A stretch of 64,000 nucleotides of DNA from an uncultured virus (IMG/VR IMGVR_UViG_3300042554_000984) (taxonomy: Duplodnaviria > Heunggongvirae > Uroviricota > Caudoviricetes > Kyanoviridae): positions 1 to 64,000 of the IMG/VR virus record IMGVR_UViG_3300042554_000984; one strand, written 5' to 3'. The notes beneath the pieces are model-generated. The model was not told the origin of the DNA, did not search any database, and saw nothing but the letters and a program-made list of their open reading frames with translations. A program made the translations under genes and the position numbers. The first letter of the stretch is position 1. Each line of letters begins with the position of its first letter. Below are positions 36,034-46,156 of this stretch, in pieces.

Positions 36034-36999
36034 ATGGCTCAAAATGCGGTAGTTACATACATGTCTTGCATGAGGGACTTGCCGATTCTTCATCGGAGTC
36101 TCGTCATGCTGTTCAAGAACTGGAAGTACGCACAGCAGTATCCTGTCCTTGTCTTTCATGATGACTTGAATCGTGTGGCAATGTCAAGTCTCATGGTTGC
36201 CCTGCACCGTGAACTTGGATTCATGCCAAAGATAAACTTCGAAGAGTTGAAGTGGGAGATGCCTTCGTGGGTTTCTCCTGATCCATCGAAGTACACCACA
36301 TCCCTCAACGAGTTCTGGATGGGGTATCGTCATATGTGTCGGTTCTATTCGGGTGGGATCTATCGCCATCCAAGCATGGCTCAGTATGATTGGTACTGGC
36401 GATTGGATTCAGACTCATACATTCTCTCTCCCGTGGATTACGATCCATTCCAAAGAATGGCAGACAACGGATACGAGTATGCCTACATGGGAGATACTGA
36501 TGAGAAGGATTTGCCCCGTGTCTGTATGGGGCTGTGGGATACAACCATGGACTTCATGAAGAAGAATGGCATATCCATGAGCAAGCAGTTGAAGGAACAT
36601 TCCTTGGAAGATGGCAAGACATGGGATCACACCATGTATTACACCAACTTTGAAATTGGAAAGTTGTCATTCTTCCGAGGCAACGATTACATGGCATACT
36701 TTGACCATCTTGATCAGACGGGACAGATTTACTACAACCGATGGGGCGACAATGTGATCCATTGGCTAGGAGTCAACATGCTCATGGACGAAAGCAAGAC
36801 ATGGGCAGTCAAGGACATGACCTATCAGCACAACAATTGGCTGAGAAATCTGAGTTCCCTGAAGGATGGAAAGGTTTCGGATGACATTCTCCGCTATGTT
36901 GATGGGGACAGCAATCCCAAGGGAAGAAGAGCGAGGCTTCTATATGCCTTGGATCGATACGCAAAGACTGGAATTGACGGCTGCAATTGGAGCGATTAA
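36034..36999 (+). CDS. GT15 (Kre2/Ktr-like) alpha-mannosyltransferase (copy C)
   Basis: YRHMCRFYSG, YDWYWRLD, YDPF, YTNFEI, G..Y.RWGD. Confidence 0.85.
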   Translation: MAQNAVVTYMSCMRDLPILHRSLVMLFKNWKYAQQYPVLVFHDDLNRVAMSSLMVALHRELGFMPKINFEELKWEMPSWVSPDPSKYTTSLNEFWMGYRHMCRFYSGGIYRHPSMAQYDWYWRLDSDSYILSPVDYDPFQRMADNGYEYAYMGDTDEKDLPRVCMGLWDTTMDFMKKNGISMSKQLKEHSLEDGKTWDHTMYYTNFEIGKLSFFRGNDYMAYFDHLDQTGQIYYNRWGDNVIHWLGVNMLMDESKTWAVKDMTYQHNNWLRNLSSLKDGKVSDDILRYVDGDSNPKGRRARLLYALDRYAKTGIDGCNWSD

Positions 37000-37719
37000 A
37001 TGCACATACTATTGAAATACCCGACTCGTCAGCGACCACAAAAGTTTGTCACCAACTTCTTGGGATACATGGATCGCATCTCCGAGAAGCATGAGATCAC
37101 CGTTGTAATCAGCATGGACAGCGATGATCCCCTCATGAACAACGACAGGATTCGTGGGTTCCTTGCCAAGCAGAACCAAAGGGGTACTGCCAAGATCATG
37201 TACCATTACGGCGAAAGCAAAGGCAAGATCAACGCAATCAATCGTGACATTCCCTTGGATGTTCCTTGGGATGTTGTGGTGGCAACAGCCGATGACATGG
37301 AGCCGCAGGAAAATGGTTGGGATGACATCATCGCCAATGACATGCTCACCGAATTCCCTGATACCAACGGTGCCATCAACTACAATACCGATCCTAGGCT
37401 TGAAACCAAGATTGATGGGCGACCTGAAGGATGGAAGGGACTCATCACCCTGCCTGTGATTGGCCGCAAACTGTATGATCGCTTCGGATACATCTATCAT
37501 CCCGACTATGTTTCGGAGTCCTGTGATGACGAACAGACTCTGGTATTCACGAAGTTGGGAGTGTTGCGTCATATCGACCGAAGACCCATCTTCCACAATT
37601 TCGTCCCATGGCATGATGAGTTGATGGTTCGGAACATGAGAATCGGGCAGACCGTTGATCGTCAGAAGTTCTTGGAGAGAAAGGCAATCAACTTTGGGTT
37701 GCCTGTGGAGATTTCGTGA
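37000..37719 (+). CDS. GT-A glycosyltransferase (copy A')
   Basis: KYPTRQRP, TADDM, YIYHPDY..CDDE; paralog of 33764..34438. Confidence 0.75.
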   Translation: MHILLKYPTRQRPQKFVTNFLGYMDRISEKHEITVVISMDSDDPLMNNDRIRGFLAKQNQRGTAKIMYHYGESKGKINAINRDIPLDVPWDVVVATADDMEPQENGWDDIIANDMLTEFPDTNGAINYNTDPRLETKIDGRPEGWKGLITLPVIGRKLYDRFGYIYHPDYVSESCDDEQTLVFTKLGVLRHIDRRPIFHNFVPWHDELMVRNMRIGQTVDRQKFLERKAINFGLPVEIS

Positions 37720-38330
37720 TGTTCTACTCGCAACAGTCAGAGGATGTCATTCTGTGGAAGAAGTACCTGAACTACCGCAACGGATTCTTCGTTGAACTTG
37801 GTGCGATGGATGGGGTGACCTATTCGAACACGAAGTTCTTTGAAGATGAACTTGGTTGGACCGGCATTCTCATTGAACCCGAACCCAACCAGTACAAGCG
37901 TCTGTGGGCAAACAGGCCGAATTGCAAGAACTTCAACTACGCAGTATCTGAGGTTGATGGAACGGTACTGTTCTACTCAAGAAACGGTGGTGATTCCGGT
38001 GGCGGGATCAAGGACACCCACATAGAAACGAATCTGTATGGAAAGGAACACGAAATACCCGTACAGAGCAAGCCATTCCATGCCATCCTTGCCGAGGCAG
38101 GAAAGCCCAACAGAATCGACCTCTTGGTGGTTGATGTTGAGGGTGGCGAGTATGGTGTTCTCAAGACATTTGATTGGTCGATACCGACTTATGTTGTTCT
38201 GGTAGAGTTTCATCAGAATAATCATGCCACAGAAGAATGTAAGCGAATGCTTTCTGAAAATGGCTTCGAATACGGCATGACGATTGGCTGCAACGAAGCA
38301 TGGATAAATCACAAGGTGGGAAACGCATGA
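37716..38330 (+). CDS. FkbM-family methyltransferase
   Basis: YSQ.SED, FVELGAMDG..SNT, GWTGILIEP, IDLLVVDVEGGE. Confidence 0.85.
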   Translation: MMFYSQQSEDVILWKKYLNYRNGFFVELGAMDGVTYSNTKFFEDELGWTGILIEPEPNQYKRLWANRPNCKNFNYAVSEVDGTVLFYSRNGGDSGGGIKDTHIETNLYGKEHEIPVQSKPFHAILAEAGKPNRIDLLVVDVEGGEYGVLKTFDWSIPTYVVLVEFHQNNHATEECKRMLSENGFEYGMTIGCNEAWINHKVGNA

Positions 38331-38986
38331 CTGACATCAAACTTTCAATATGCATTCCGAGCATCCCCAATCGCCTGAGAATGTACTTGCATCCTCTGTA
38401 TTCTCGCCTGCTCACACAGATTGGCGACAGCAAGGACATAGAGGTTCTGTCTTTGGTTGACAACAAGATGATGAGCATAGGAAGAAAGAAGTCCCTGTTG
38501 CTCTCCATGGCAACCGGAAAGTATTCATGCATCATTGATGATGACGATGATGTGGTTGGTGACTACATCGCAACCATGCGTGGACTCATCACGGAAGAAA
38601 TGGATATGGATGTGATTTGCTACAATCAAGAAGCCACCATCAACGGCAAGACATGGTTGGTGAAGACGAGCCTTGACCATAACAGAGTTCATCCTTTCGA
38701 CCAACTTGAAGTTGATTCCAAGGGCAACACTATTCCTTGCAAGCGTCCTCCTTGGCAATGGTGTGCATGGAAGACTTCCATGATAAAGACGGTTCCGTTT
38801 GGTGACAGCAATTGGGCCGAGGATGCCGCATTCACTCTCGGTGCATTGGAGAAGGCCAAGACGCAATATGTCTTGGATAAGGTGATGTGCGTATACAGAT
38901 GGTCACCCCAAGTCACGGAAACACAACGGCCAACAGAACAGACAAACATTCAGGAAATGCGGAAAGTGAATTTGACAAATGGCTGA
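38327..38986 (+). CDS. GT2-like glycosyltransferase (copy B')
   Basis: SIGRKK.LL..A.GKY..IIDDDDD, WAED; paralog of 35418..36023. Confidence 0.75.
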   Translation: MTDIKLSICIPSIPNRLRMYLHPLYSRLLTQIGDSKDIEVLSLVDNKMMSIGRKKSLLLSMATGKYSCIIDDDDDVVGDYIATMRGLITEEMDMDVICYNQEATINGKTWLVKTSLDHNRVHPFDQLEVDSKGNTIPCKRPPWQWCAWKTSMIKTVPFGDSNWAEDAAFTLGALEKAKTQYVLDKVMCVYRWSPQVTETQRPTEQTNIQEMRKVNLTNG

Positions 38987-39926
38987 GAATGCCGCGATCA
39001 TCTATATGTCACGAAAGCGTGACTTGCCCCTGCTTTACCGCAGTCTCAGTTTGCTTTGCTACAACTTCAAGCAAGCACGGGAATATCCGATCATCGTGTT
39101 CCATGATGACATAACCAAGACTGATGTTGCCAACCTGACGGTTCAGTTGCATCGTCAACTTGGCTACATTCCGAGCATTCGCTTTGAACTTCTTTCTTTC
39201 GAAATGCCTTCTTGGGTATCTGCCGATGAAAGCAAGTACATCGTGCCATTGAGCGAGGCTTGGATGGGTTACCGACACATGTGTCGCTTCCATTCGGGAG
39301 GAATCTATCGGGATGAGAGATTGCTCAAGTATGATTGGTATTGGAGGCTTGATTCCGATTCCTACATCTACTCCCCCATTTCTTACGATCCATTTGAGCG
39401 AATGAAGAATGAAGGCTATGAATATGCCTACATGAGTGAGGAAGATGGAGAGGTTCCTAGCGTTGCACAGGGTCTATGGGAAGAAACCGAGAACTTCCTG
39501 AAGACAAACAACATCGAAATGAGCGAGTATTTCAAGAGTTGCTTGGTGGATGGAAAGTGGAACTATCGGCTCTTCTACACGAACTTTGAGATTGCAAAGT
39601 TCTCTTTCTTCCGAGGCAAGGAGTACATGGATTACTTCGATCATCTTGACCGGACAGGAAACATTTATTATCGACGGTGGGGGGATGCACCCATCCATTG
39701 GTTGGGTGTAAAGATGTTCCTTGATCCCAAGAAGACATGGGCGGTCAAGGACATAGCATATCACCACAACGCATGGGTAAGGAATTTGAGTGCCATACCC
39801 AACAAGCAAGTCCCTGAAAAAATCTGGCAAATCTTGCAGGGAGATGACTACAGGATGAACCGTTTGTCGCAAGGGATGGCTAAATACATTTCGGGCGGCA
39901 ATGATGGCCTGAATTGGGGTGAATGA
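38979..39926 (+). CDS. GT15 (Kre2/Ktr-like) alpha-mannosyltransferase (copy C')
   Basis: YRHMCRFHSG, YDWYWRLDSDS, YTNFEI, RRWGDAPI. Confidence 0.85.
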   Translation: MAENAAIIYMSRKRDLPLLYRSLSLLCYNFKQAREYPIIVFHDDITKTDVANLTVQLHRQLGYIPSIRFELLSFEMPSWVSADESKYIVPLSEAWMGYRHMCRFHSGGIYRDERLLKYDWYWRLDSDSYIYSPISYDPFERMKNEGYEYAYMSEEDGEVPSVAQGLWEETENFLKTNNIEMSEYFKSCLVDGKWNYRLFYTNFEIAKFSFFRGKEYMDYFDHLDRTGNIYYRRWGDAPIHWLGVKMFLDPKKTWAVKDIAYHHNAWVRNLSAIPNKQVPEKIWQILQGDDYRMNRLSQGMAKYISGGNDGLNWGE

Positions 39927-40537
39927 TGTATTCGCAAGCATTTCAAGATGAATTCGTAGACATTCTTCTGTCTCGTCCCACCAAGGGGTTCTTTGTGGAT
40001 GTCGGTGCTGGATATGACCAAGCCATCGACATAAACAGCAATTCTTTGATGTTTGAGGAAAGAGGGTGGGAAGGTATAGCCATAGATGGAAGCATGGAGC
40101 GAATGTTGGGTAGAAAGTGCAAATGTGTTTCTTGCTTCATCGGGGATGGGTCAGAAGGAACAGTCCTTCTTTCCGATGTTCTCTCTGCAAATGGATGCCC
40201 AACTGTGGTTGACTATCTGTCCGTGGATATAGAAGGAAATGACTACAAGGCCATTGAGTCTTTTGTTGGTGGTGGTTATGAATTCAAGATCGCAACCATA
40301 GAACACAATTTATATTCTCGTAATGCTGGAGTGGATGAACTCAAGAGAGATGTGTTTGACCTCTTGACTCGCAACGGTTACATAAGAATCGTTGACAATG
40401 TGGGTCACATGGCGATTTCCTCGGATCTACACAGAGGATGGCCGTTCGAAGACTGGTACATCAATCCGAAATATGTGAAGTATAAAGAGACAATGAACAC
40501 AATAAAGACCATGAAGGAAAATGGAGAAGCAAGATGA
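39923..40537 (+). CDS. FkbM-family methyltransferase
   Basis: YSQAFQD, FVDVGAG, DYLSVDIEG, FEDWY. Confidence 0.75.
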   Translation: MMYSQAFQDEFVDILLSRPTKGFFVDVGAGYDQAIDINSNSLMFEERGWEGIAIDGSMERMLGRKCKCVSCFIGDGSEGTVLLSDVLSANGCPTVVDYLSVDIEGNDYKAIESFVGGGYEFKIATIEHNLYSRNAGVDELKRDVFDLLTRNGYIRIVDNVGHMAISSDLHRGWPFEDWYINPKYVKYKETMNTIKTMKENGEAR

Positions 40538-41442
40538 AACTCGACAAAGTGGTGTTTGGATGCTCCGAGACATTTAGCCCGTGGTGGAACATTCAGTCCC
40601 GTGTATGGAAGACCAAGTTCAATGTTGAACCGGTATGCCTGTTGTTTGGTGACAAGAACAAGTGTGGCATGTCTGAGAAATATGGGCAAGTAGTGGAGAT
40701 GCAGTTTGACAAAGACTTGCCGGACATCATTCAGATACAGTTCTGCAAATTTTACTATCCAAAGACCGAGCCAGACAAGACATGGATCATTGGTGACATT
40801 GATCAGATACCTTTGCAGACCGAGTACTTCTTGGAAGACCTTCCTAGCATTCCCGACGATGCCTATGCTCACCTGAACTATACTCTTACTGCACAGATGC
40901 GTCCCGATGCTCGAACGGATGGATTCCCCGGAATCCCCGCCGATACCTTTATGAAGTTGGGATCGTATGCAAATGGTGGCTTTGATCTTCCCGGACATTA
41001 CCATGTTGCAAAGGGTCATCTTTATGAAAAGTTGTTCTTCAACGGTCGTTCCTTCAAGGAAGTTGTTCAATATGTGATTGAAGCACAGAGGCATGGGATG
41101 ATAAAGGAGGATGCCAGAAAGACCCTCAATCAGAACATTCATGGTATGTACTGGATTGCTGAGGAAGGCTATACCTCCGAACAGATATGGTATGGATTGA
41201 AGTCCAAGAAGATCAGCGGCTTCTACGGCAAGGAATACCACATTTGGAATCAGAAGATCGACAGAGTAGGAAGACTGTTTGATGCTCAGGGAAGATTTAC
41301 ACCTCAATGGACAGGTAGCAACTATCTGTATGATGAGAACAAATTGAGGAACAAGGGATACATGGATTTGCATTGCCATCGGCCTTATCACGAACAGGAA
41401 AGGCCCATGATGCGTATTCTTGAAATCGCTGAGATGATCTGA
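40534..41442 (+). CDS. putative glycosyltransferase
   Basis: IIGDID (DxD) motif, DLHCHRPY; position within the glycan island. Confidence 0.5.
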   Translation: MKLDKVVFGCSETFSPWWNIQSRVWKTKFNVEPVCLLFGDKNKCGMSEKYGQVVEMQFDKDLPDIIQIQFCKFYYPKTEPDKTWIIGDIDQIPLQTEYFLEDLPSIPDDAYAHLNYTLTAQMRPDARTDGFPGIPADTFMKLGSYANGGFDLPGHYHVAKGHLYEKLFFNGRSFKEVVQYVIEAQRHGMIKEDARKTLNQNIHGMYWIAEEGYTSEQIWYGLKSKKISGFYGKEYHIWNQKIDRVGRLFDAQGRFTPQWTGSNYLYDENKLRNKGYMDLHCHRPYHEQERPMMRILEIAEMI

Positions 41443-42848
41443 TGGCATTCATCTGCATATCCGGCAGTTCGGGTGTGGGAAAGACCACGATATCGACTTT
41501 GATGCAGTCGGTATTGGGTGCGGAGAATTGCACCACTCTGAGCGGAGATGATCTACACAGATGGGAAAGAACAAGTCCCGTGTGGAAGATCAAAACTCAC
41601 TTGGATCCAGAAGAGAACGACTTGGAGCGAGGCTATGCTGACATACGGGCTCTCATGGACGGCAAAACCATCGAACGGAGAAAGTACAACCACGACACGG
41701 GAATATGGGATTCTCCAATTTTGGTTCAACCAAGGGAACATGTTCTGTACGAAGGGCTTCATGCCCTGTACCACATTCCGACCTATAGCCTTGCTGACCT
41801 GACGATCTTTGTTGATACGGATGATACGCTGAAGACCGAGTGGAAGGTGAAGCGAGATACGAAGAAGAGGGGCTACACGGAAAGCCAAGTTCTTGAAACG
41901 ATGAAGAGGCGAAAGAAGGACGAGGAATTGTACATCACGCCGCAGAAAGAGAGAGCGGATGTGGTGGTGAAGTTCACGAAGGGAAGGGACGGATCGATAT
42001 CGCTAGAGTACATCTCTGTGAACGGCAAGGGAATTGCATTGATGGACAGGATGAAGGAATTCTACGATTCTCTTCGGGATTACATGAATCTCTGCAAGTG
42101 GATATCGCTTGATCCTTCCTTAGTACAGGGACCGGGAGGAAATGTTTCCGTGAAGTCAAAGAGCGGAATCATTATCAAGTCATCAGGTGCGAGAATGTCC
42201 GATGTAAATCTACATCACGGATTCAGTCTTTGTGACATAGATGGGGACTTTCCTGAATTTCAGTCGGAGGAGGAATACACGGAGTTCGTTCATCGTTCAC
42301 GGAAAATGGGCAGCAGGCCATCTATGGAAACAGGATTCCATGTAGTGTTGCCCGAGCGAGTGGTAGTACATACGCATCCTATCCATCTCAATGCCATCCT
42401 TTGCAGCAAGGAGGCTAGGGGAACCATCAGGGACATCTTCCACGATCTTTCATACGATTTCATTGAATACACAAGACCCGGCATGATGCTCACCAACAGG
42501 TTGATAGAAGACATGCCAGCGAACATCATATTTCTAGAGAACCACGGACTGATCGTGTGTTCCGAAAGCCCGCAGGAGGCATTGGAGACAACCGAAAGAA
42601 TAAACAACCGATGCAAGAGATGGCTTGCTAATCATGTTGAGTCTTTCGTTGATCTTGAAGATTGCAAGCAAGAATCTCTGCCACTTTTCCCCGATGCTGC
42701 CGTCTTGCCTGATGAAATGCGCTCAACCAACAACTACATACTTGGTCTGCTGAATGCAGCCTGTCTATCTCCGAATTACCTTTCGGAGGAAGAGGCAACG
42801 GCACTCAACTCAATGATTTCAGAAAAGTATAGGAAGGCTATAGCATGA
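41442..42848 (+). CDS. phosphoribulokinase/uridine-kinase-like domain fused to class II aldolase-like domain
   Basis: GSSGVGKTT, DDLHRW, YNHDTG, EGLH, KRDTKKRGY; then GGNVSVK, RPSMETGFH, HTHP, NHG. Confidence 0.85.
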   Translation: MAFICISGSSGVGKTTISTLMQSVLGAENCTTLSGDDLHRWERTSPVWKIKTHLDPEENDLERGYADIRALMDGKTIERRKYNHDTGIWDSPILVQPREHVLYEGLHALYHIPTYSLADLTIFVDTDDTLKTEWKVKRDTKKRGYTESQVLETMKRRKKDEELYITPQKERADVVVKFTKGRDGSISLEYISVNGKGIALMDRMKEFYDSLRDYMNLCKWISLDPSLVQGPGGNVSVKSKSGIIIKSSGARMSDVNLHHGFSLCDIDGDFPEFQSEEEYTEFVHRSRKMGSRPSMETGFHVVLPERVVVHTHPIHLNAILCSKEARGTIRDIFHDLSYDFIEYTRPGMMLTNRLIEDMPANIIFLENHGLIVCSESPQEALETTERINNRCKRWLANHVESFVDLEDCKQESLPLFPDAAVLPDEMRSTNNYILGLLNAACLSPNYLSEEEATALNSMISEKYRKAIA

Positions 42849-43681
42849 AGATTGTGATTCCGATGGCAGGGACGGGGAATCGGTTCGTGGAAAAGGGTTA
42901 TGCCGATCCCAAGCCGCTCATTCGTGTGAACGGCAAGCGCATTATCGATTACATTCTTGATATGTTCGACACGGAAAACGATGAGTTCGTCTTCATCTGT
43001 AATGATGTTCACTTGGCAACGACCAACATGGAGAAAATCCTTCGGGCAATCGTCAAGAATGCAACCATCATTTCGATGCCGCAGCACAAGTTGGGCCCGG
43101 TCTACACGGTTCAGGCTGCTTACGATCACATCAAGGATGACGAGGAAGTCATCATCTCGTACTGCGATAACCCACATCTGTGGGATCGCAAGGACTTCGA
43201 AACCAAGATGCATGAGGGAGGATATGCCGGTTGCGTACTCACGCACACGGGATTCCATCCACACACCCTTGCTCACACGAAGATGGCTTTCGTCAAGGGA
43301 AGCAACAATATCCTTGAGGAGATCAAGGAGAAGGCTTGCTACACGGACAATCCGATGGATGAACATGCATCCACGGGAGTCTATTACTTCAGCAAGGGTG
43401 CCTATATCAAGAAGTATTTTGACCAAGCAGTAGCCGAGAAGATACAGTACAACGGCGAGTTCTATGTTACGCTTGTCTACAATCTTCTCGTTCGTGATGG
43501 ATTGAAGGTTGGATACTACGATACACCCTATGTCACGGTGTTTGGGACTCCAGAGGAAGTAGAGAATTTTGAGGCTTGGGCCACGATTCTCAAGGGAACG
43601 CAAGTGAAGAATGTCATCGATCTTGTGGCCTGCTATCAATATTGGAAGAAGTACCATGAGGAGGAAGCAACAGTACTATGA
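42845..43681 (+). CDS. sugar nucleotidyltransferase (NTP transferase)
   Basis: VIPMAGTGNRF...PKPLI, YCD, GVYYF, NGEFYV, GTPEE. Confidence 0.85.
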   Translation: MKIVIPMAGTGNRFVEKGYADPKPLIRVNGKRIIDYILDMFDTENDEFVFICNDVHLATTNMEKILRAIVKNATIISMPQHKLGPVYTVQAAYDHIKDDEEVIISYCDNPHLWDRKDFETKMHEGGYAGCVLTHTGFHPHTLAHTKMAFVKGSNNILEEIKEKACYTDNPMDEHASTGVYYFSKGAYIKKYFDQAVAEKIQYNGEFYVTLVYNLLVRDGLKVGYYDTPYVTVFGTPEEVENFEAWATILKGTQVKNVIDLVACYQYWKKYHEEEATVL

Positions 43682-44148
43682 TCTACATTTCACACAGAGG
43701 AAATCTCAACGGCATCAAGCCTGAACTTGAGAATGCCCCAACCTACATCGATGAGTGCATCCATCGTGGCTTTGACTGTGAGATAGACCTACGGATGCGG
43801 GATGGTATGCCTCACTTGGGGCACGACACACCCGACTTTGTTGTTTCTGCCTCTTGGCTGAACAATCGAAAGGACAGGCTATGGATTCATGTCAAGGAAT
43901 ACGAGGCTTTGGTGTGGCTGATGGAGAATTGCCCTGATTGTAAGTTTTTCTGCCACGAAAGTGATCGATACACATTGATAAGCAATGGATGGATATGGTC
44001 GCATGATTTGACAAATAAAATGACAGAGAAGTGCGTGGTTCCATTGCTTTCAAAAGAATCGATAGAGGCGTATTCTCAAGAACCAACATTCGGTGCAGTC
44101 TGTTCGGATTTTGTGTTTGATTGCATGGAGAAGTTCGATCTGGACTGA
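43678..44148 (+). CDS. glycerophosphodiester phosphodiesterase-like protein (short form)
   Basis: ISHRGN...EN, EIDL, LGHD, WIH.K, VCSDF. Confidence 0.75.
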   Translation: MIYISHRGNLNGIKPELENAPTYIDECIHRGFDCEIDLRMRDGMPHLGHDTPDFVVSASWLNNRKDRLWIHVKEYEALVWLMENCPDCKFFCHESDRYTLISNGWIWSHDLTNKMTEKCVVPLLSKESIEAYSQEPTFGAVCSDFVFDCMEKFDLD

Positions 44149-44155
44149 ACCTGTC

Positions 44156-44183
44156 TTGACTTCGGTGTTGGGTGCTGTATACT
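44156..44183 (+). promoter_or_regulatory. sigma70-like promoter of the helicase (near-leaderless)
   Basis: TTGACT-16 nt-TATACT, 7 nt before ATG. Confidence 0.7.
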
Positions 44184-44190
44184 TTGCCCA

Positions 44191-45612
44191 ATGACTTCTG
44201 ATCGAATCGAAACCCTTGTACTTCGTTCGCTGATTCACGATGATGAGTTCGCTCGTCGGGCTTTGCCGTTCATCAAGCCCGAGTACTTCATGGATCGAAA
44301 CGAGAAGGTGGTCTATGAAACCATCCACTCGTTCATCACTACCTATAACAAGACTCCTACCGCAGAATCACTCTGCATCGACCTATCGAACCGTGATGGA
44401 CTTTCCGAAGAAGAGTTCAAGCAGGCAAAGAAGGTAATCGAAGAGATCGCGGAGTACAACAAGCCCGACACAGACTGGCTTGTCAAAAGCACCGAGAAGT
44501 TCTGCCGGGACAAGGCCATCTACAATGCCATCATGGAGTCGATTCAGATCATCGATGGCAAGGGCAATAAGACACAGAACGCCATTCCCGAGATTCTATC
44601 TGATGCCTTGGCTGTTTCGTTCGACACACACATCGGCCATGACTTCATCGATGACCACAACGAACGGTACGACTTCTACCACAAGATCGAACGGAAGATG
44701 CCGTTTGACCTTGAATACCTGAACAAGATCACTCAAGGAGGTGTACCGAGCAAGACACTCAATGTCATCCTCGCGGGCACGGGTGTGGGCAAGAGCCTCT
44801 TCATGTGCCATCATGCCGCCCAATGCCTTATCGGTGGGAACAATGTCCTGTACATCACCTGTGAGATGGCAGAGGAGAGGATCGCAGAACGCATCGATGC
44901 CAATCTCATGGACATCTCCCTTGATGACCTGAAGAAGTTGCCCAAGGACATCTACACCCGAAAAATGCAGAGGATCATGTCCTCCACTTCATCGAAGTTG
45001 ATCATCAAGGAGTATCCCACAGCAACGGCAAATGCTATGCACTTTGAACACCTGTTGGATGAACTGCGGCTGAAGAAGAACTTCAAGCCCGATATCGTGT
45101 TCATCGACTATCTCAACATCTGTGCATCAAGTCGCTTCAAGGCTAACTCCAATGTGAACTCCTACACTTATGTCAAGGCGATTGCCGAGGAACTTCGTGG
45201 CATGGCCGTCAAGTACGATGTTCCCATCTTCACGGCAACACAGACCAATCGCGAAGGGTTCGGAAACAGCGATGTGGAACTCACCAACACAAGCGAGTCC
45301 TTCGGTCTTCCCGCCACGGCTGACTTCATGGTTGCCCTGATTTCCACCGAGGAACTTGAGGAACTTGGACAGTTGATGGTAAAGCAGTTGAAGAATCGAT
45401 ATGGTGACCCGTCAAGTAACAGGCGATTCGTTGTCGGTGTTGACCGCAGCAAGATGAAGTTGTTTGATTTGGATGCCTCCGCACAGCAAGGCATTTCTAA
45501 AATGGGCGATGCCGAGAAGGACGAGGAGCAGGAACAGGGAGGATTCAGGACTTTCCGTCAGCGGATGGAGGACAAGTTTGTCAAGAAGAATAATTTCGAT
45601 GACTGGTCTTGA
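44191..45612 (+). CDS. gp41: replicative helicase (gp41-like)
   Basis: AGTGVGKSL, EMAEERIAERIDAN, IDYLNIC, TATQTNR, SESFGLPATAD, KQLKNRY. Confidence 0.96.
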   Translation: MTSDRIETLVLRSLIHDDEFARRALPFIKPEYFMDRNEKVVYETIHSFITTYNKTPTAESLCIDLSNRDGLSEEEFKQAKKVIEEIAEYNKPDTDWLVKSTEKFCRDKAIYNAIMESIQIIDGKGNKTQNAIPEILSDALAVSFDTHIGHDFIDDHNERYDFYHKIERKMPFDLEYLNKITQGGVPSKTLNVILAGTGVGKSLFMCHHAAQCLIGGNNVLYITCEMAEERIAERIDANLMDISLDDLKKLPKDIYTRKMQRIMSSTSSKLIIKEYPTATANAMHFEHLLDELRLKKNFKPDIVFIDYLNICASSRFKANSNVNSYTYVKAIAEELRGMAVKYDVPIFTATQTNREGFGNSDVELTNTSESFGLPATADFMVALISTEELEELGQLMVKQLKNRYGDPSSNRRFVVGVDRSKMKLFDLDASAQQGISKMGDAEKDEEQEQGGFRTFRQRMEDKFVKKNNFDDWS

Positions 45613-45643
45613 ACTTGTCAACATACAAGGTATACTTTACACC

Positions 45644-45883
45644 ATGACATATCGCCTACACATTGACATTCCGATTGAAGCCTGCTCCGTGGAGGAGGCT
45701 CAAGAGAAGGCAAGAGGAATCCTGAATGAACTTTCGATTCGTGAAGATGCCCAAATGGGTCATCTCGTTGAAGAGATCAATTACAGATTGGGTCATGACG
45801 ATGATCGGCAGCGTTCGAATTATCTGGACATCGATACTAGAGGGCATTGCTCAAGCAAGAAGAGCAAAGTACGGTTCAGATAA
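45644..45883 (+). CDS. hypothetical protein (79 aa)
   Basis: TTGAAC-16-TATACT promoter directly upstream of ATG 45644. Confidence 0.55.
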   Translation: MTYRLHIDIPIEACSVEEAQEKARGILNELSIREDAQMGHLVEEINYRLGHDDDRQRSNYLDIDTRGHCSSKKSKVRFR

Positions 45884-46148
45884 GTATCCCACCAACGGGC
45901 CGACTTGCCTGAATTGCGGCTGTGCCACGCTTCGAACATTGCGAGATCATCAGTTTGAGATCGGAAGCAGGGAAAATGCACGGACAGAACCATTGGTCAA
46001 GGCAACCATCGTCTACAACCTTCCCGTATATCAATGCGTCAATGCCAAGTGTGGCTACTACTACACCGATGAGGAGGCAATGCTCATAGTCGATCCAATC
46101 TACAAAGCCTTGCTGAAGCACATACAGAGAACCAAGTCACTTGAGTGA
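45726..46148 (+). CDS. YgiT/MqsA-type zinc-ribbon protein (start uncertain)
   Basis: CLNCG...NLPVYQCVNAKCGYYY; the 5' part overlaps the previous ORF. Confidence 0.45.
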   Translation: MNFRFVKMPKWVISLKRSITDWVMTMIGSVRIIWTSILEGIAQARRAKYGSDKYPTNGPTCLNCGCATLRTLRDHQFEIGSRENARTEPLVKATIVYNLPVYQCVNAKCGYYYTDEEAMLIVDPIYKALLKHIQRTKSLE

Positions 46149-46156
46149 CACCGAAT

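Noticed and set aside
41442..42080. Phosphoribulokinase as a carbon-fixation auxiliary gene
   Set aside because: Fused to an aldolase-like domain within a glycan locus, with no other Calvin-cycle genes in the window.
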